DNA of 64,000 nt from positions 64,852,001 to 64,916,000 of the forward strand of contig OZ024747.1 of NCBI GenBank assembly GCA_964016885.1, written 5' to 3'. This DNA comes from Eledone cirrhosa (Eukaryota). The position numbers and the translations under genes were made by a program. Below the pieces are notes generated by a model. It was not told the DNA's origin, ran no database searches, and was given only the letters and a program-made list of their open reading frames with translations. Below, in pieces: positions 1-15,297 of this stretch (positions are counted from its first letter, which is position 1; each line of letters begins with the position of its first letter).

Positions 1-427
1 TTTTTTTTTTTTTTTGTAACGTATTAGAATTAAACTTGCTGTTACTTCTCTGTATTTTTTCCCTCATAACTATGTTCTCGATGATGCTACGAATATCAAT
101 ATTCTCCTCATACCTACATACTATATACTATACACATATATTATAAATATGTATCTGTCGCACTTAATATATTCGTAATTCTTTTCGATGTAAGATTTTT
201 GAATATGTAAATTTCAATATTTGAATATTATAGCTATATAATCATTCTATATGTATGCAATATATTTAGTTGTAGTTGTATGAAGCGATTCTGAAAATAT
301 TCACATTCAGAATCGTTTGTTGACAATAATTTTACTTGCTTGTTTTGTAATTTGCATCTGTTAAGCATATTTGCAGCTGCGAGATAGGGATGGTCCTTAT
401 TTACAGTACATATCAAAACATGAAGAA

Positions 428-502
<75 letters not shown>

Positions 503-894
503 TATATATGTATATACATATAAATGCATATGTATATACATATATATATATATGCATATATGTATATATGCATACATATATACATATGCATACATATATA
601 CATATGCATACATACATACATATGCATACATGCACATATATATGCATACATACATTCATATGCATACATGCACACATATTTATGCACATATACATTATAT
701 ATATGTATGTATGTATGCATATATATCTATGCATGTATGTATATGTATGTATGCATGCATGCATATGTTTGTATGCATATGTAAGTATGCATATGTATAT
801 ATGTATGTATATGTATATATGTATGCATATGTATATATGTATGTATATATGTATGCATATATATATGTGTATGCGTGTATATATATATATATAT

Positions 895-2960
895 ATAAGC
901 CTGTAAGATCTTCATCAGGCAGTGACGGACCACAGAATCAAAGGCCTTCCGAAAGTCAATGAAAACGATGACCGCAGGAAGGCACTTTGCTCTAGCTCCC
1001 TCTAATAACCTCCTCAGCATCAGGATGTGACTGGTGGTTGATCTTCCCTCTCTGAAGCCGTTCTGGTTGTCCCTGAGCTTCTTCTCCATCTCAGGCTGGA
1101 TCCTGTTAAGAATCATCCTGTTGAGGGTCTTTGCCGCAAGTGACGTCAGTGAGATCCCCCGGTAGTTGTTGGTGTTAGAGAGATCTCCCTTCTTTGGCAC
1201 TGGGACGATGTTACTGATCCTCCACTGATTCGAGGCAATTCCTTTCTCCAGTGCCTGGTTACAGAACCCCAGGATGATATCATCAAAATCACACCTCTTC
1301 ATCACATCTGATGCCACTCAATCTTCTCCATGAGCCTTTCCCTCCTTGATCTTCTTCTTGGCTCACTGAAGCTCCTCTCTGGTGAAGGGCTCTGTCTCAA
1401 TATCCAGTTCTTCAAACAGCCGCCTGATCTCCCCAGTGCTCTGGGTTGTGGAGGGTGGCTCTCCTCGTAGGGTCCTAAAATGGTCTAGCCATTTCCTCTT
1501 CCTATCCTCGGACCCAGTTCCCTGGATCTGACTCGAGCACCTTCTCTTCCTCCCTGTGATCTGGTTGATGATCATCCAGCTCCCCTTACATGTCAACCAC
1601 TCTCTCCACACTTCTAATCTTCTCTATCAGTGCCTCCTCTCTGGCATCAGTATAAGCGGTACAGAGATCTTCCTTCATCACCTCCACAGTCTCCATGCTC
1701 TCCTCCGTACGATCAGCATAGAATTGGTCTTTGGCAGCTTTCAGGTGTTCTCTGGCTGCACACACTTTTGGGTCTGCAGAGCTGATGTGCTCTTTTTGTT
1801 CTTTCTCCTCGGCCCCAGGGTCTCACTTGCTTCCTCCACTGCATTGGTGAAGTGCCGGTACCTCCTCGTCACACTCTCCTCAGTCCACCCAATGTCTCTC
1901 TCCTCTGTCTCTCCACACAGAGCACTAAACCTGTTTCTCACTTCCACTGTGAACCTCTCCTGTAGCTTATCATCTTCCTTGAATGCTCCCCAGTCATAGA
2001 TTGCTCTCCGAGACTGAGCCTTGCTCTTTCTTAAGCTCAGCCGGACCTCACTCATAACAAGCCAGTGGTCACTACCCAGTGTACTGAAATAGTTGTATGG
2101 TTCTGTGTTCAGAACACTATTCCGGCACGTTTTCCTCACCAGAATAAAATCAATCTGGGACTTGAACAGGTCTATATCTGAGATGTAGGTTCACATCTTC
2201 CCCGGATTCTTCCTAAACCTTAGGTTGGTCGCTTTCAAGTTCGCCTCCAGCAGGGTGTCACTCAGTATTCTTCCATTTCGGTTGGTGTAGTTATGTAAGT
2301 GCCAGCAATGATCTTCACTGCCTTTCTTACTCAGATGTGCATTGAAGTCCCCCAAAACAAGCAGGATGTTGTGTGCTTGTGTGGTGTTGACAGCTCTACA
2401 CACCTCCTCATGGAACTCTTCCGCACTCAAAGTACTGTCTCCCTCGGTTGGACTATAGGCTGATATGACTTTCAGTCTTGGATTTCCATTGAAGGTCAAC
2501 CTCAACACTCGCGGGGAGACAGGCATTATTTCCCTCACCAATAGATTGTTTATTGTGCTGAAAACAAATCCCACTCCTCCCACTGCAGCATTGGTCATGT
2601 TCCTCACAGCCGATGTGGTCATGAGCTGGCTCCTCTTCCCAATCATCACACTCCTCATGGGCTCATCGTGTAGTATCCTGTGTTCTTGGATCGCAAGTAT
2701 CTGTATACCACTCTCCTCGAACAGATGTCCCAACTCCTCTCTCTTCTCCAACGTCCGAATAGTCCTCACATTCAAAGTGCCCATTTTGATGGCTCTTCTG
2801 CAGGACAAAACTGCATTCTTTATATTTTTCTCAGAGACAGCTGATCCATCATCCACTGGCCCTCCCTGTGGCTCTAAGCCAGTAGAGTCATAACGACCAG
2901 ACTGCTCCTTAACAGTGTAATTAGGGGCTCTAACCCTAGTGCTGTAGATAGACTCTCCAT
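895..2960 (-). mobile_element. RTE-clade LINE, inverted 5' portion (APE endonuclease plus N-terminal half of RT), frameshifted
   Basis: ORFs 2191-2973, 1741-2139, 1363-1611 and 727-1317 carry APE motifs (MGTLNVRT, ILAIQEHR, ISAYSPT, VLGDFNAH, GSDH) and RT motifs (PVPKKGDL..NYRGISL, QNGFREGRST, FIDFRKAFDSV). Collinear with the copy at 27777-29532. Confidence 0.93.
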
Positions 2961-3990
2961 ATGGAATCCCCAAGAAGATAGTGGACCCGATATCACTGCT
3001 CTATACCAACACCAAGGTCCAAGTCATTACACCTGATGGGATGACAGAGTTCTTTGAGAGACTGGCTGGAGTGCTCCAGGGAGATAAATTGGCTCTCTAC
3101 CTTTTTATCATCGCAGTGGACTATTGTATGCGCCTTGCACTGGAGAAACACCAGGACTCTGGCTTTACTGTAGCACCGGCTCAGAGCAGGAGAGTTAAGG
3201 TGAAAAAGATATCAGATGCTGAATTTGCCGACGATATAGTTTTGGTGACAAATACAGTGAAGGAGGCAGAGGATTTGATGCAGGAGGTTGAGACTCTGTC
3301 GATGAGTGAGGGGCTGAGAATGAATGAGATTAAAACAAAGTATCTGGTAGAGAATGTTGAGAAGCCAGGGGGGGATCACTAATGTAGGCGGGAAGCCGCT
3401 AGAATTAGTTGAGGACTTCCTGTATTTGGGTGCAAAGATTGGGAATACGGAAGATGATGTGGTTGAGAGGAAGAGAAAATCCTGGGCGGCGTGCCACAGC
3501 TTGAGATCGGTGTGGAAATCGGAGATTCGTAAAGAGCTGAAAATCCGCCTCTTCATTGCTGTAGTGGAGTCTGTGCTGATGTACGGGTCTGAGACTTGGA
3601 CACTGACCAAGAAACTCACTCAGATGGTGGATGGATGCTACACGATAATGCTGAGGATGGCCTCTAAACATTAATCAGTATACACTGAGGATGAAAAACT
3701 CAGAGCTGTATGGGAGCCTCCCAAAAGTCAGCTCAAAAGTGACACAGAGGAGACTGAGGTTAGCTGGAAATGCTCACCGACATCCAGAGTTGACATTGCA
3801 CGTAGTGCTCCTTTGGGAGCCCCTACATGGACACACTGGAAGAGGAAGACCAAGGTTAACATATGTTGATGCCCTAAAGACAGACACTGGTCTGTTGGAG
3901 ACGTAGGACATGGCAGCGATAATGAGGGACAGAGACCGCTGGAGAGAACTCGTCCATGGGTCTCGGGAATTTAACCCGCTCTAGAATAGA
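2960..3990 (+). mobile_element. RTE-clade LINE, 3' portion (C-terminal RT and 3' end) of the same insertion
   Basis: Resumes at YGIPKKIVD. Contains GVLQGD, EFADDIVL, YGSETWTLT, RRLRLAG and GRGRPRLTY, with frameshifts. Ends in a degenerate TAGA tail abutting (TA)n. Confidence 0.93.
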
Positions 3991-4027
3991 AATATATATA
4001 TATATGCATATATATATATATGTAAGC

Positions 4028-4080
<53 letters not shown>

Positions 4081-4091
4081 AAAACGGGGAG

Positions 4092-4137
<46 letters not shown>

Positions 4138-4186
4138 GTGTGTGTATATATGTGTATATATATATGTATATATGTATATATGTGTG

Positions 4187-4224
<38 letters not shown>

Positions 4225-5559
4225 TATAAATCAATTCAAGAATCTTTAATCACTGTTGCTGCGTATGTTCTTAATCCCTAGCTCAACCTTGATGTAGAAG
4301 TTTTCTAATTATACGTCTTCCAGCTGCGATCATTTTATGTTCCTAGTTTGAGCCAAAGGGTTTTCGTATTTCCAGCTTCAATTAATAGTTCAAACAGATT
4401 ATATACGAAATGAGTTTGTGCATCAAAATCTAACACATCATATTGTATTGCCTGTTGCTATCGTTGTGCCATCAGATCAATTTCACGCTTATACAATTTG
4501 GCTGGTTTAGAGACAAAATATTCTCGGCACAATGTTCCTAGTATTGGACAAGCTTCTGTATCTTTAACACTTTTAACGCTTTAGAGATCGAATTAAGAGA
4601 GATGTGTCTGTTATTTCTACGAGTGATGATGTAATGGTGCTCTCGTTATTTCGTGGTTTTTATTCCGCATAATAGCTGCTGCGTTTTTGTCGTGGTTATT
4701 TTAGCTGCCTAGCTCCAGGTCAGTCTTGAAAGAGCAGAATACTCAATAATGCGTTTCCAACCATAACTAAACTATAGAGCTATCAAAGATTATATACTGA
4801 TTTTTGAGGTCCACCTTTCATACATCGTTCTCAAAATTGAATCATTTCATTTCCCACTAACACAGGTGTCACATCGACTCCCTCGATAACCATTATATCT
4901 GTCCATTGTCTCTAGAAGGAAATGCACATTCATTTAGGCAGCGAATTCATAGCCTCATTAATTGCTCCGTCTCTCAGTTCTGGTTTCAAAGACTGCCGAA
5001 ATTAAATTTGCTTTTAATTGTTCAGGGGTCGATAAATAAGGTATCACTTTATGAGCGGTGGAATGGTAGAATAGTTAAAGAGTCGGACGAAATGATAGGG
5101 GGAATCTGGTTCAGCACTGTGCATTCTGAATTCGAACTGTGTTACATTCTGCGATGAATTGTAGCCGATAAAGTGTATCAGCAAACGAAAGACTAATATA
5201 ACATATTTATGTTCCTCTGATCTGAAGATCGATATATTTTTTCTATCACACCCTCGAAACAGAGCAGGAAGTTGTCAATACCAAATCAGCCCTGATATAA
5301 ATCATATCCATTGTCACATACCCACCGCTGATCCAGCAGAATCAAATTAGCACTATATGCCGAAAGCACGGAGGGGATCCAATTCATTGCATTTATAAAG
5401 AGAACATTTAGACTACACAACCATTTCTGAGGTCGTACACACACATATGAGCATGCACAGACGTGCACATGCTAACACATAAGTACACATACATACATAC
5501 ATACATACATACATACATACATACATACATACATACATACATACATACATACATACATG

Positions 5560-5594
<35 letters not shown>

Positions 5595-5662
5595 ATATAT
5601 ATATATTTATTTATATATATTGGAAAATGTGTGAAATCCTTCGTACAGTTAGGTATATTTGT

Positions 5663-5784
5663 AAAAAGGAAAAGAATGACTTCACTTGTAGTTCTAAACA
5701 ATTTGATTTAATTTTATAATATTATATTATAAAATTAAATCAAATTGTTTAGAACTACAAGTTAAGTCATTCTTTTCCTTTTTT
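5663..5784. repeat. Near-perfect ~120-bp palindrome (3-nt loop at 5722-5724) between (TA)n tracts
   Basis: aaaaaggaaaagaatgactt...ttttataata / tattataaaa...aagtcattcttttcctttt, with one mismatch seen. Confidence 0.9.
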
Positions 5785-6016
5785 CATATATATATATATA
5801 TATATACACATATATATATATACACGGATGAATATATAGATATATAAATTCATTTTCCTATCCACACACAAACACCCACACGCATGTTTATATATATATA
5901 TTTATTAAAATAACAGATTAAATAAATACTTGCTCTACGGGTTTTTATATATTTGACATATGTTTATCCTTATCGAGCCCTCTTGGGATTTTAGTCTTCA
6001 AATTTATTATTATTAT

Positions 6017-6470
<454 letters not shown>

Positions 6471-6475
6471 TAAAG

Positions 6476-6965
<490 letters not shown>

Positions 6966-8689
6966 TCTATGTATGTATATATGAATATCTTTAGATAACT
7001 AATCATATTTTAGTCGTGTCATGATATGCAATTTGGGCATATGTATTATAAGAAAGATATTTTAATTGCAGTCCATCTATACAATTAATTCATTAGTTCT
7101 ATCACAATGACAGATATATGATTAGTAGATACATTAAATACATAGGATCTGAGTTGGTTCCATGAATACATGACTACAAACTGTTTATGTGTCTATCTTC
7201 AAAAGATCAATTGTAGTCAATATCTAGAAATATTTAATATTTATGACTGATTGTGTGAAGGTGACTCAATGAATGATTATGTGAAGGTGACTGTTCATTA
7301 ATACACCTGAAACTGTTCATGCATAATAGAACTTTGTAATGTTCAAGTAGTAATACTTTCTAACATTGGCACAATGAAGGGAGGGGAAAGTCGATTACAT
7401 CGATCCCAGACTGGGCCGGATTTAATGTGGGGCAAAGAAGGCAATTGCCTCGGTCTCTGCAGTGGGGGACCCCACCGAAGCAATTCATTTGTGCCCTCAG
7501 CTGGAATATATTTAGTTTTAGGATGGTTATAATCTTCTAATTTAATACATGTATGTATAACGTTTCAATTCCAATGACTTGCGCCAAGTTATATTTAATA
7601 TGTAAAATTTAGTGTCTGCTTTTGTCATTTTTTTTATCGACCCCGTAAGGATGAAAGGCAAAGTTAACCTCGCCCTCTATTAATAATAATGGTTGTTTCT
7701 ACTTTAGGCTAGAAATCTGAAGGAGAAAGGAAAGTCGATTAATTCGACATACATACATACAAATAAATACACACAGACACACGCAGGCATGAAGACAAAC
7801 AGACACACATACAGATACACACATACACACAGATATACACATATGCTTTCATCAGATACACACATAGTAACAGAGATACTCAAAGACACAGGCAACACAT
7901 ATTTACACACAAACAAATACACACATACATCCACACATATACACACATACACACAGTGACACACGTACATATATACACAGACACACATACACAAATGCAC
8001 ACATACAGCAAGTCATATATGCATATACACACACACACATACGCACAGAGATAAACACAGAGTCATGCACACAAAAAATGCACACATACATCCAAACATA
8101 TACACACATACTCACATACACAAATGCACACATACATTGAAAAATATACACACATACACACAGACATACGCATTTAGGCACACGGATATACACATATACA
8201 CATACATACACTCACTTCATAAGTAACCTAGATTTTACCTCAAAATAGACAGCATTCCTCAAACCATCAGGCCGTAATGCAGTTTGACTCTGTACCTGAG
8301 ATCACTTGTTGAACATCTAATATAAATTTTAGAAATTCAATTGCTCACTCAATGCATCGAGGAATACATTGCCAGCATTCTACTCTATATACAGCTTTTA
8401 TTCTACGTCAATAGTTATATAATATACAGTTGTCGTGTATTCTTTGATTTGTCGTTGTTGGTAGCGTGATCTCACAGTCACATATATAATCAATAAAATA
8501 GCCATTGTTATTTCACTAATACCAATTCTAAGTTTCGTAATGAAATGGCGTTTCATTAATCCTGACCCTCTTACAATACAATAAAGCTTAAAAAGCTAAT
8601 AAGGTGGTAAATAATTTGCAAGTATTGAAATATGCACAGAATATATGTTTGTGTAGGTAGATATACCAAAATATTAACACACACTGAAA

Positions 8690-9265
8690 GTTATGCCATC
8701 AATACTACGAAATAACAACAGAAAAATTGTGGTACTGACATCAGAAGAAAACGTCAGAGAATAACAAAGCACCCATACTAGGGGATATAGCAATATACAC
8801 AATGATGAAAATCAAATTCAACCGACCGGATATTGCTATTAAAGATCACAAAGAAAAACTTTGTCTTCTGATTGATGTATCAATCCCAAATGACAACATA
8901 TCTACCAAGGAAACGGAGAAACTATCCAAATATAAAGATGTAGAGATAGAAATAACCTGAATGTGGATGTTGAAGACAGAAACAATACCTATAATTATAG
9001 GTGCTCTGGTTCTTATTGAGTTATGTATCCCTACAGACAATATACCTATTACGTCTATCAAGGAAATGGTGAATTATCCAAATATATAAATGTAGAGATA
9101 GAAATAACCCGAATGTGGAAAATAAAACAAGCTGTTTCTATAATAATGGAACTCTGAGAATGATAAAAACACACAGACACATACATAACCAAATCCATAA
9201 GACCTATACATATATACAGCATACAGAAAATAGCACTACTAGGCACTGCACTCATATTATGAGTA
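8690..9265 (+). mobile_element. R4/Dong-like non-LTR retrotransposon, decayed restriction-like endonuclease domain with internal duplication
   Basis: Translates to NRPDIAIKDHKEKLCLLIDVSIP..KETEKLSKYKDVEIEI*MW..TETIPIIIGAL. About 9020-9160 duplicates about 8870-9010. Confidence 0.8.
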
Positions 9266-9276
9266 CACCCTCAATA

Positions 9277-9540
9277 GTGTTACTGGTTAGAGCATTAGGC
9301 TTGCAATTGAGAGGTTCTAAGTTCGATTCTCAGACCGGGTGATACGTTGTGTCCTTGAACAAGACACTTTATTTCACGTTTCTCCAGTTTACTCAGCTGT
9401 AGAAATGTGTTGCGACGTCCCTGGTACCAAGCTGTATCTGTCATTGCAACGGGGCATGAAGAGGGGAGACTGATATGCATGGCTTGTGCCTCAGAGGGAA
9501 ACTTTCTAGGTGCAAAACCATGGTGATTAGTGACCGAGTG
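9277..9540 (+). mobile_element. SINE family A copy
   Basis: B box gttcgattc and gtgtccttgaacaagacactttatttcacg core. Confidence 0.75.
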
Positions 9541-9582
9541 TGGCTATAGACACAGACTATCAATAGATTAGAAATAACAATG

Positions 9583-9793
9583 TCTACTATAGGCACAAGG
9601 CCAGCAATTTTGGGGGAGGGGAGAGTTGATTAAATCAACCCCAGTGCATTACTGATGCTTTATTTTATCGACCCGGTAAGGATGGAAGGCAAAACGAACA
9701 TCGGTGGGATTTGACCTCAGATCATAAAGGGGCGTAACTCTATGCTGGAAAGCATGGTGTCCGGCGCTCCACTGATTTTGCCAATCCGCCGCC
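9583..9793 (-). mobile_element. SINE family B (tRNA-like head, gcctttcatcct..gggtcgataaaataaagtaccag core)
   Basis: Reverse complement matches the copies at 12579, 12777, 35026 and 59256. Confidence 0.8.
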
Positions 9794-10729
9794 CTGTTTG
9801 AAATAACACCATCAAAACATCGCTGAGTGTATGAATGTGTGCGTGTGCGAGCACGCATAATGTACAATAAAACCTGTATTGAATCGAATTTCTGTGTTTA
9901 GCTTTAGTTAAATGTGTCTGTCATTCGCCACGGATGTTGATAGAATAACATTCAACTGACTAACTATCATAGAAACCTCTGACCATTTCCCTTACCCGGC
10001 ATGGTCGCAGTCAAATGTCTGATATAATTAAATGGATAAAATAATATAATCCCTGTCATGTTATATAATTAGTATTATAGGAAAGCTAGAATATTTGCTA
10101 TATATTATGCATGTCTATCAAAAATAATTAATGACATAGGTGAGATTATTCTGGCCAGCTAATTCAATTGGCAGACAAATTAACGTCACATATTTGGCAT
10201 TGATCAATGGAAAATTGTTGGCTGTGGTTTTTTTAATTCTCTTTTATGTTTACTTTCCATACAATTCTCAGTCTTAACAGAAAGAAGCACGAGATATGAA
10301 TTTCATTTCATCAAATTTTAATAGAAAACAAAACAAAACTAAACAAAACAAAACAAATCAAAACAGAAACAAAATTAAAATATAATGCTTATTGGAATAT
10401 TGGCTTACCATAATGCATCTTAAATCCCACTGTAGACCACTTAAAATGTATTGGAAATTCAAAGATCGTACTCAACCACTTATATGTATTATATATGTAA
10501 ATGTCATTCAAATACAGGTGCTTTTTGTAGAGTTCATTCTGATGCAATTATTTAGGACAGGTCTCCAATATTGTGCAAAGATTCTCCATTTTCCCTCACC
10601 AGTGAAATAGACATAGGGAAATGTCATAGGAGCTGCCCTCTATTTAAAATAACACGCTATAAAGATCTACGTTGTACTTTTACTAAAGAAATAATCCTAT
10701 GCATTAAATACATGAGCTTTACATTGATT

Positions 10730-11045
10730 TATCTACATGATTTGACTATGTAATTATACTACATGGTATGGCTATATGGCTAAACAACATGGCTAGACTA
10801 CATGGTTAGACTACATGGTTTGACTACATGGTTTGACTACATGGTTTGACTACATGACATGGCTACATGGTTTGACTACATGGTTATACTAAATGGTTAG
10901 ACTACATGGTTATACTACATGGTTTGACAAAATGGTTTGAATACGTGGCATGATTACTTGGATTGTCTACCTGAATAGACTATGTGGTTAGATGACATGG
11001 GTAGACTATATGGCTTGACTACATGGTTTGACTACCTGGTTTGGC
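10730..11045. repeat. 13-bp minisatellite (gactacatggttt)n, degenerate
   Basis: Contiguous gactacatggttt/gactacatggtta units with no unique spacers. Confidence 0.9.
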
Positions 11046-11569
11046 CCTTGATTAGAAACTGTTTACGTTTTCAGCTACAAAGCTGAAACGATCCAATAAA
11101 TTAACGTCGAGAAATATATGGCTGAAATGATTCAAAACGTATGGAGGCCTAAAAGCAATACATAAGTTGAAGAAAGTGGAGACCAGAATCATGTTCGTGA
11201 AGAAACGTAGATAGAAGGAAGTATTTTCATACTAAATTAAAAACAAAAACAAATATAAATAATATTAAACCACGGCCTGGATCGGAGTTCTCACCAACTT
11301 CAGTGTTTTATTGTACAGTGATTACATCAATTTGCGTATATTATATAAGCCATATTCCTACACAAACTGTTCTCTTGGCAATATCGTTAGCAATAACGTT
11401 ACGTTAATAACAGAGAAACATAAAATCACAAAACACCATATCATTCTACAAAAATAAATGGCTTGACTCTTAAAAGCAATTGATCAGCTTCTTGAGTAGA
11501 TGGTTCAGTGGAAATTGGTAATGGCTATTGCTGCATAACAATAGCTTCTAGTGTTTTACATCTCCTCAA

Positions 11570-12237
<668 letters not shown>

Positions 12238-12578
12238 ATGCAGGGTATCGCCATATATAATTTTGAAACAACATAATGATCGAGCCATTCTCTACTTCGT
12301 AGTTTTTGTTATGAGATTATACAACGATGAAATGCTTTTACATAAATGTGAGCAACGTTAATGGATCTCCATTGTTTTCGACGACGGTCATTATTCATTT
12401 GTACGATAAGCGAAAATTGCCTTATATAAATTAATAAAATGATTTGAAATACGAATCACTATTAAATCAGTCACACGCACACACACATGTACATCAAGTG
12501 TGAACACAGTCGATCCAAAATCCGACTGTCACCCCCTCTGTCTCTACAGCTCTACCTATGTTTCATTATTTTGAGCAC

Positions 12579-12966
12579 AGGCGGTGGATTGGCATTATCG
12601 TTAGAAGGTCGGACCCCATGCTTTCCAGCATAGTTACGTCCCTTTGCGGTCTGAGTTCAAATCCCACCGAGGTTAACTTTGCCTTTCATCCTTACGGGGT
12701 CGATAAAATAAAGTACCAGTAATGCACTGGGTATTTGATGGCCTTGTGCCAAAAGTAGAAACAATTATTTTGAGCAAGGGCGGTGGATTGGCATTATCGG
12801 TAAGGGTCGGGCGCCATGCTTTCCAGCATAGTTACGTCCCTTTATGATCTGAGTTCAAATCCCACCGAGGTTAACTTTGCCTTTCATCCTTACGGTGTCG
12901 ATAAAATAAAGTACCAGTAATGTAATGGTTGATTGCTGGCCTTGTGCCAAAAGTAGAAACAATTAT
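12579..12966 (+). mobile_element. Tandem pair of SINE family B
   Basis: Two ~190-bp units (12579-12766, 12777-12966), flanked and separated by attattttgagca. Confidence 0.85.
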
Positions 12967-13795
12967 TTTGAGCAAATGGCGGACCACCCGGTGGACGCCC
13001 CTTGGCCCCGGCGGACAGAAAAGAGAGTATGTATGTATATATGTATGTATGTTCTTCTGGTTTTATAATTTCACAAATGTGTGCCAATAGAGAGAGAGAG
13101 TCGGTTTCTAACATAGTTACAAGACTTTCTCATTGGAATTTACACAATATCAACTAGGTATAAATGTATGGATGCCTGCATGCATGGATGTGCAGGTATG
13201 GATGTTATTTTATGTGTGGATGTTTTGAGTTGTATGTATGCATGTACACATGCTTTGTATCTGTACATGTGCATAGGCAGTTATTAAATGCCGAATTTTT
13301 GGAACGTTCTACATATTGTTACTGTGCCATTAATGAATTATACTTGTAATTTCCTCACTAGTTGTGGTCTTTCTGTTTCTGTGAAGCCCAGCTTCTCAAG
13401 ATTTGTATTGTATGTATTTGATTTGGATATGTATGTGTGTATGTATGTATATACGTATGTTTGAATGCCTGTATATTAAAGCAACGTTAATGAGGCTGAA
13501 TATTCCACAGCTACATGTACTCTGAATGTTAGTCTCAAGTAGAATCAGTGTGACATGGGTTGCAGCTTGAATTCCAAGTAGAATCAATCCGATGGACATC
13601 ATCACGATTTCCCTTTACTTACAAGGACTTGGTTATTACGACTCAATTGTAAAAGATACGAAATGGCTTCGATCCCGGAAACATACGATTGTTAAATAAA
13701 CGTCTTAAACTCTCGGCTACGCTGCAACCACATATATGTTACGTTATTACAGATACACACACGCACACACACACACACCCAGACACACACACACG

Positions 13796-13857
<62 letters not shown>

Positions 13858-13944
13858 CAGATACTCACGTATAAACACACACACACACATATATACAGAT
13901 ACTCACATATAAACACACACAGAGGCAAACACACACACACACAC

Positions 13945-13984
<40 letters not shown>

Positions 13985-13987
13985 CCG

Positions 13988-14110
13988 ATAGCCGCTGATG
14001 AAGCCACATACGCCGAGTATGCATTGTTGCATAATATATGCAGACAGAGGGTGCAGTGCACCCTACTGCTGCTGCATTATGTGTGGCCGAAACTCGAGTC
14101 CTGGAACTAT
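13988..14110 (+). ncRNA. Type I hammerhead motif with long stem II
   Basis: CTGATGA at 13995; stem II GCCACA..TGTGGC with an internal AGGGTGCA/TGCACCCT hairpin; GAAA at 14089; palindromic CTCGAG; GUC site at 14098-14100. Stem I is imperfect. Confidence 0.75.
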
Positions 14111-14373
14111 TATAGGCACCCGTTTTACGTGTGTTGTATTGAAGCGAATAACTATGTGTATATACTCTGGGAGTGTATCCTACATTACCTATTGAGGACG
14201 CTGAGATACAAGCGGTCCTAGCATTGATAAATATGATGGGTCCGTCAACTCCTTATTTTATATATCTATATATATAATTGTGCGTGCGTGAGTGTGTGTA
14301 TGTAATGCTGTAACCCCTTGTGTGTATGTCCCCACACCTACACACGCACAGACATACACTCACTTTTATAAAC

Positions 14374-14406
<33 letters not shown>

Positions 14407-14420
14407 CACGTATATAAGTG

Positions 14421-14690
14421 GAGGCACGTGACATAGTGGTAAGGGTGTTGGACATACGATAATAATGTCATGGGTTCGATTCCTGGATTACGTGTTGTGT
14501 TCTTGACCAAAACACTTCATTTCATGTTACTTCAGTATACTCATCTGAAAATGAGTACCAGCAATAGCTACAGGTTTAACCCTGCCATGTACTGGCACCC
14601 TGTCCAGGGGGAGTCTTGTACTCACAGTCGCTTCACGTCATGCAATCGGGATAAGTACTGGCCAAATGAGCCTTCTAGTTTAAGACAGAC
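14421..14690 (+). mobile_element. SINE family A-related copy
   Basis: gggttcgattcc B box, gtgttcttgaccaaaacacttcatttca core, gtactggcaccctgtccaggggg tail. Confidence 0.7.
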
Positions 14691-14842
14691 TTTAGACTTT
14701 TTTTTCGATATATATATGGAAATTTCGGTCCTAACTGAGGAAGACTCCCGAAACGCTCAGAGCCTCATGGATAATGCAACGATTAGACATTTCCACAAAG
14801 TACGAGCGAAACTATCGATAGTCGGGACTGGGAGAATTTTGG

Positions 14843-15080
14843 TTAATGTTTATCTATTTTTTTCTTCAAACTTACATTTTAGTCTTAGCTCTAGTTAATT
14901 CCTACGGACTAAAAGGAAAGACTAGGTAAATTTTATCTGACTGTTCCTCATAAATGAATATCGGTAACATTTATCTGTTATTTCTTCAAAGTTACATTTT
15001 AAACTCCGTTTGAATGATTATTTATCTAGTTGATTTCTACGGACTAGGAAGAAAAAGTTAGATAAATTTTGTCTGACTAT
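14843..15080. repeat. Diverged tandem duplication of ~120-135 bp
   Basis: tttatct..ttcttcaaa.ttacatttt..ctagtt.att.ctacggacta occurs twice. Confidence 0.7.
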
Positions 15081-15266
15081 TATTCAAACTTATAATTTTA
15101 CCTCATGTGTGTACGTACTCTCTCTCTCACACACACATACGTACTTATATATGTATGAATGTATATATGTATCTATATAAATATGTATTATGTATGTGCA
15201 TGCATATATGTATGTATGTATACATGTACTTATGCATGAATGTGTGGATGCATGAACGTATATATG

Positions 15267-15297
<31 letters not shown>

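Noticed and set aside
234-962. Long YI/HT/CV-rich ORFs here and throughout the ORF track
   Set aside because: They are translations of (TA)n, (CA)n and (TACA)n microsatellites, which lack stop codons by composition.
10510-10640. Possible host exon on the minus strand (RAAPMTFPYVYFTGEGKWRIFAQYW) after an AG acceptor-like site
   Set aside because: No recognisable domain, strong donor or partner exons; RNA-seq would be needed.
10730-11045. CRISPR-like periodicity
   Set aside because: Contiguous 13-bp units with no unique spacers, no cas genes, and a eukaryotic context.
14735-14762. CTGAGGA..GAAA cgc TC hammerhead-like string
   Set aside because: Stems I and II do not pair convincingly.
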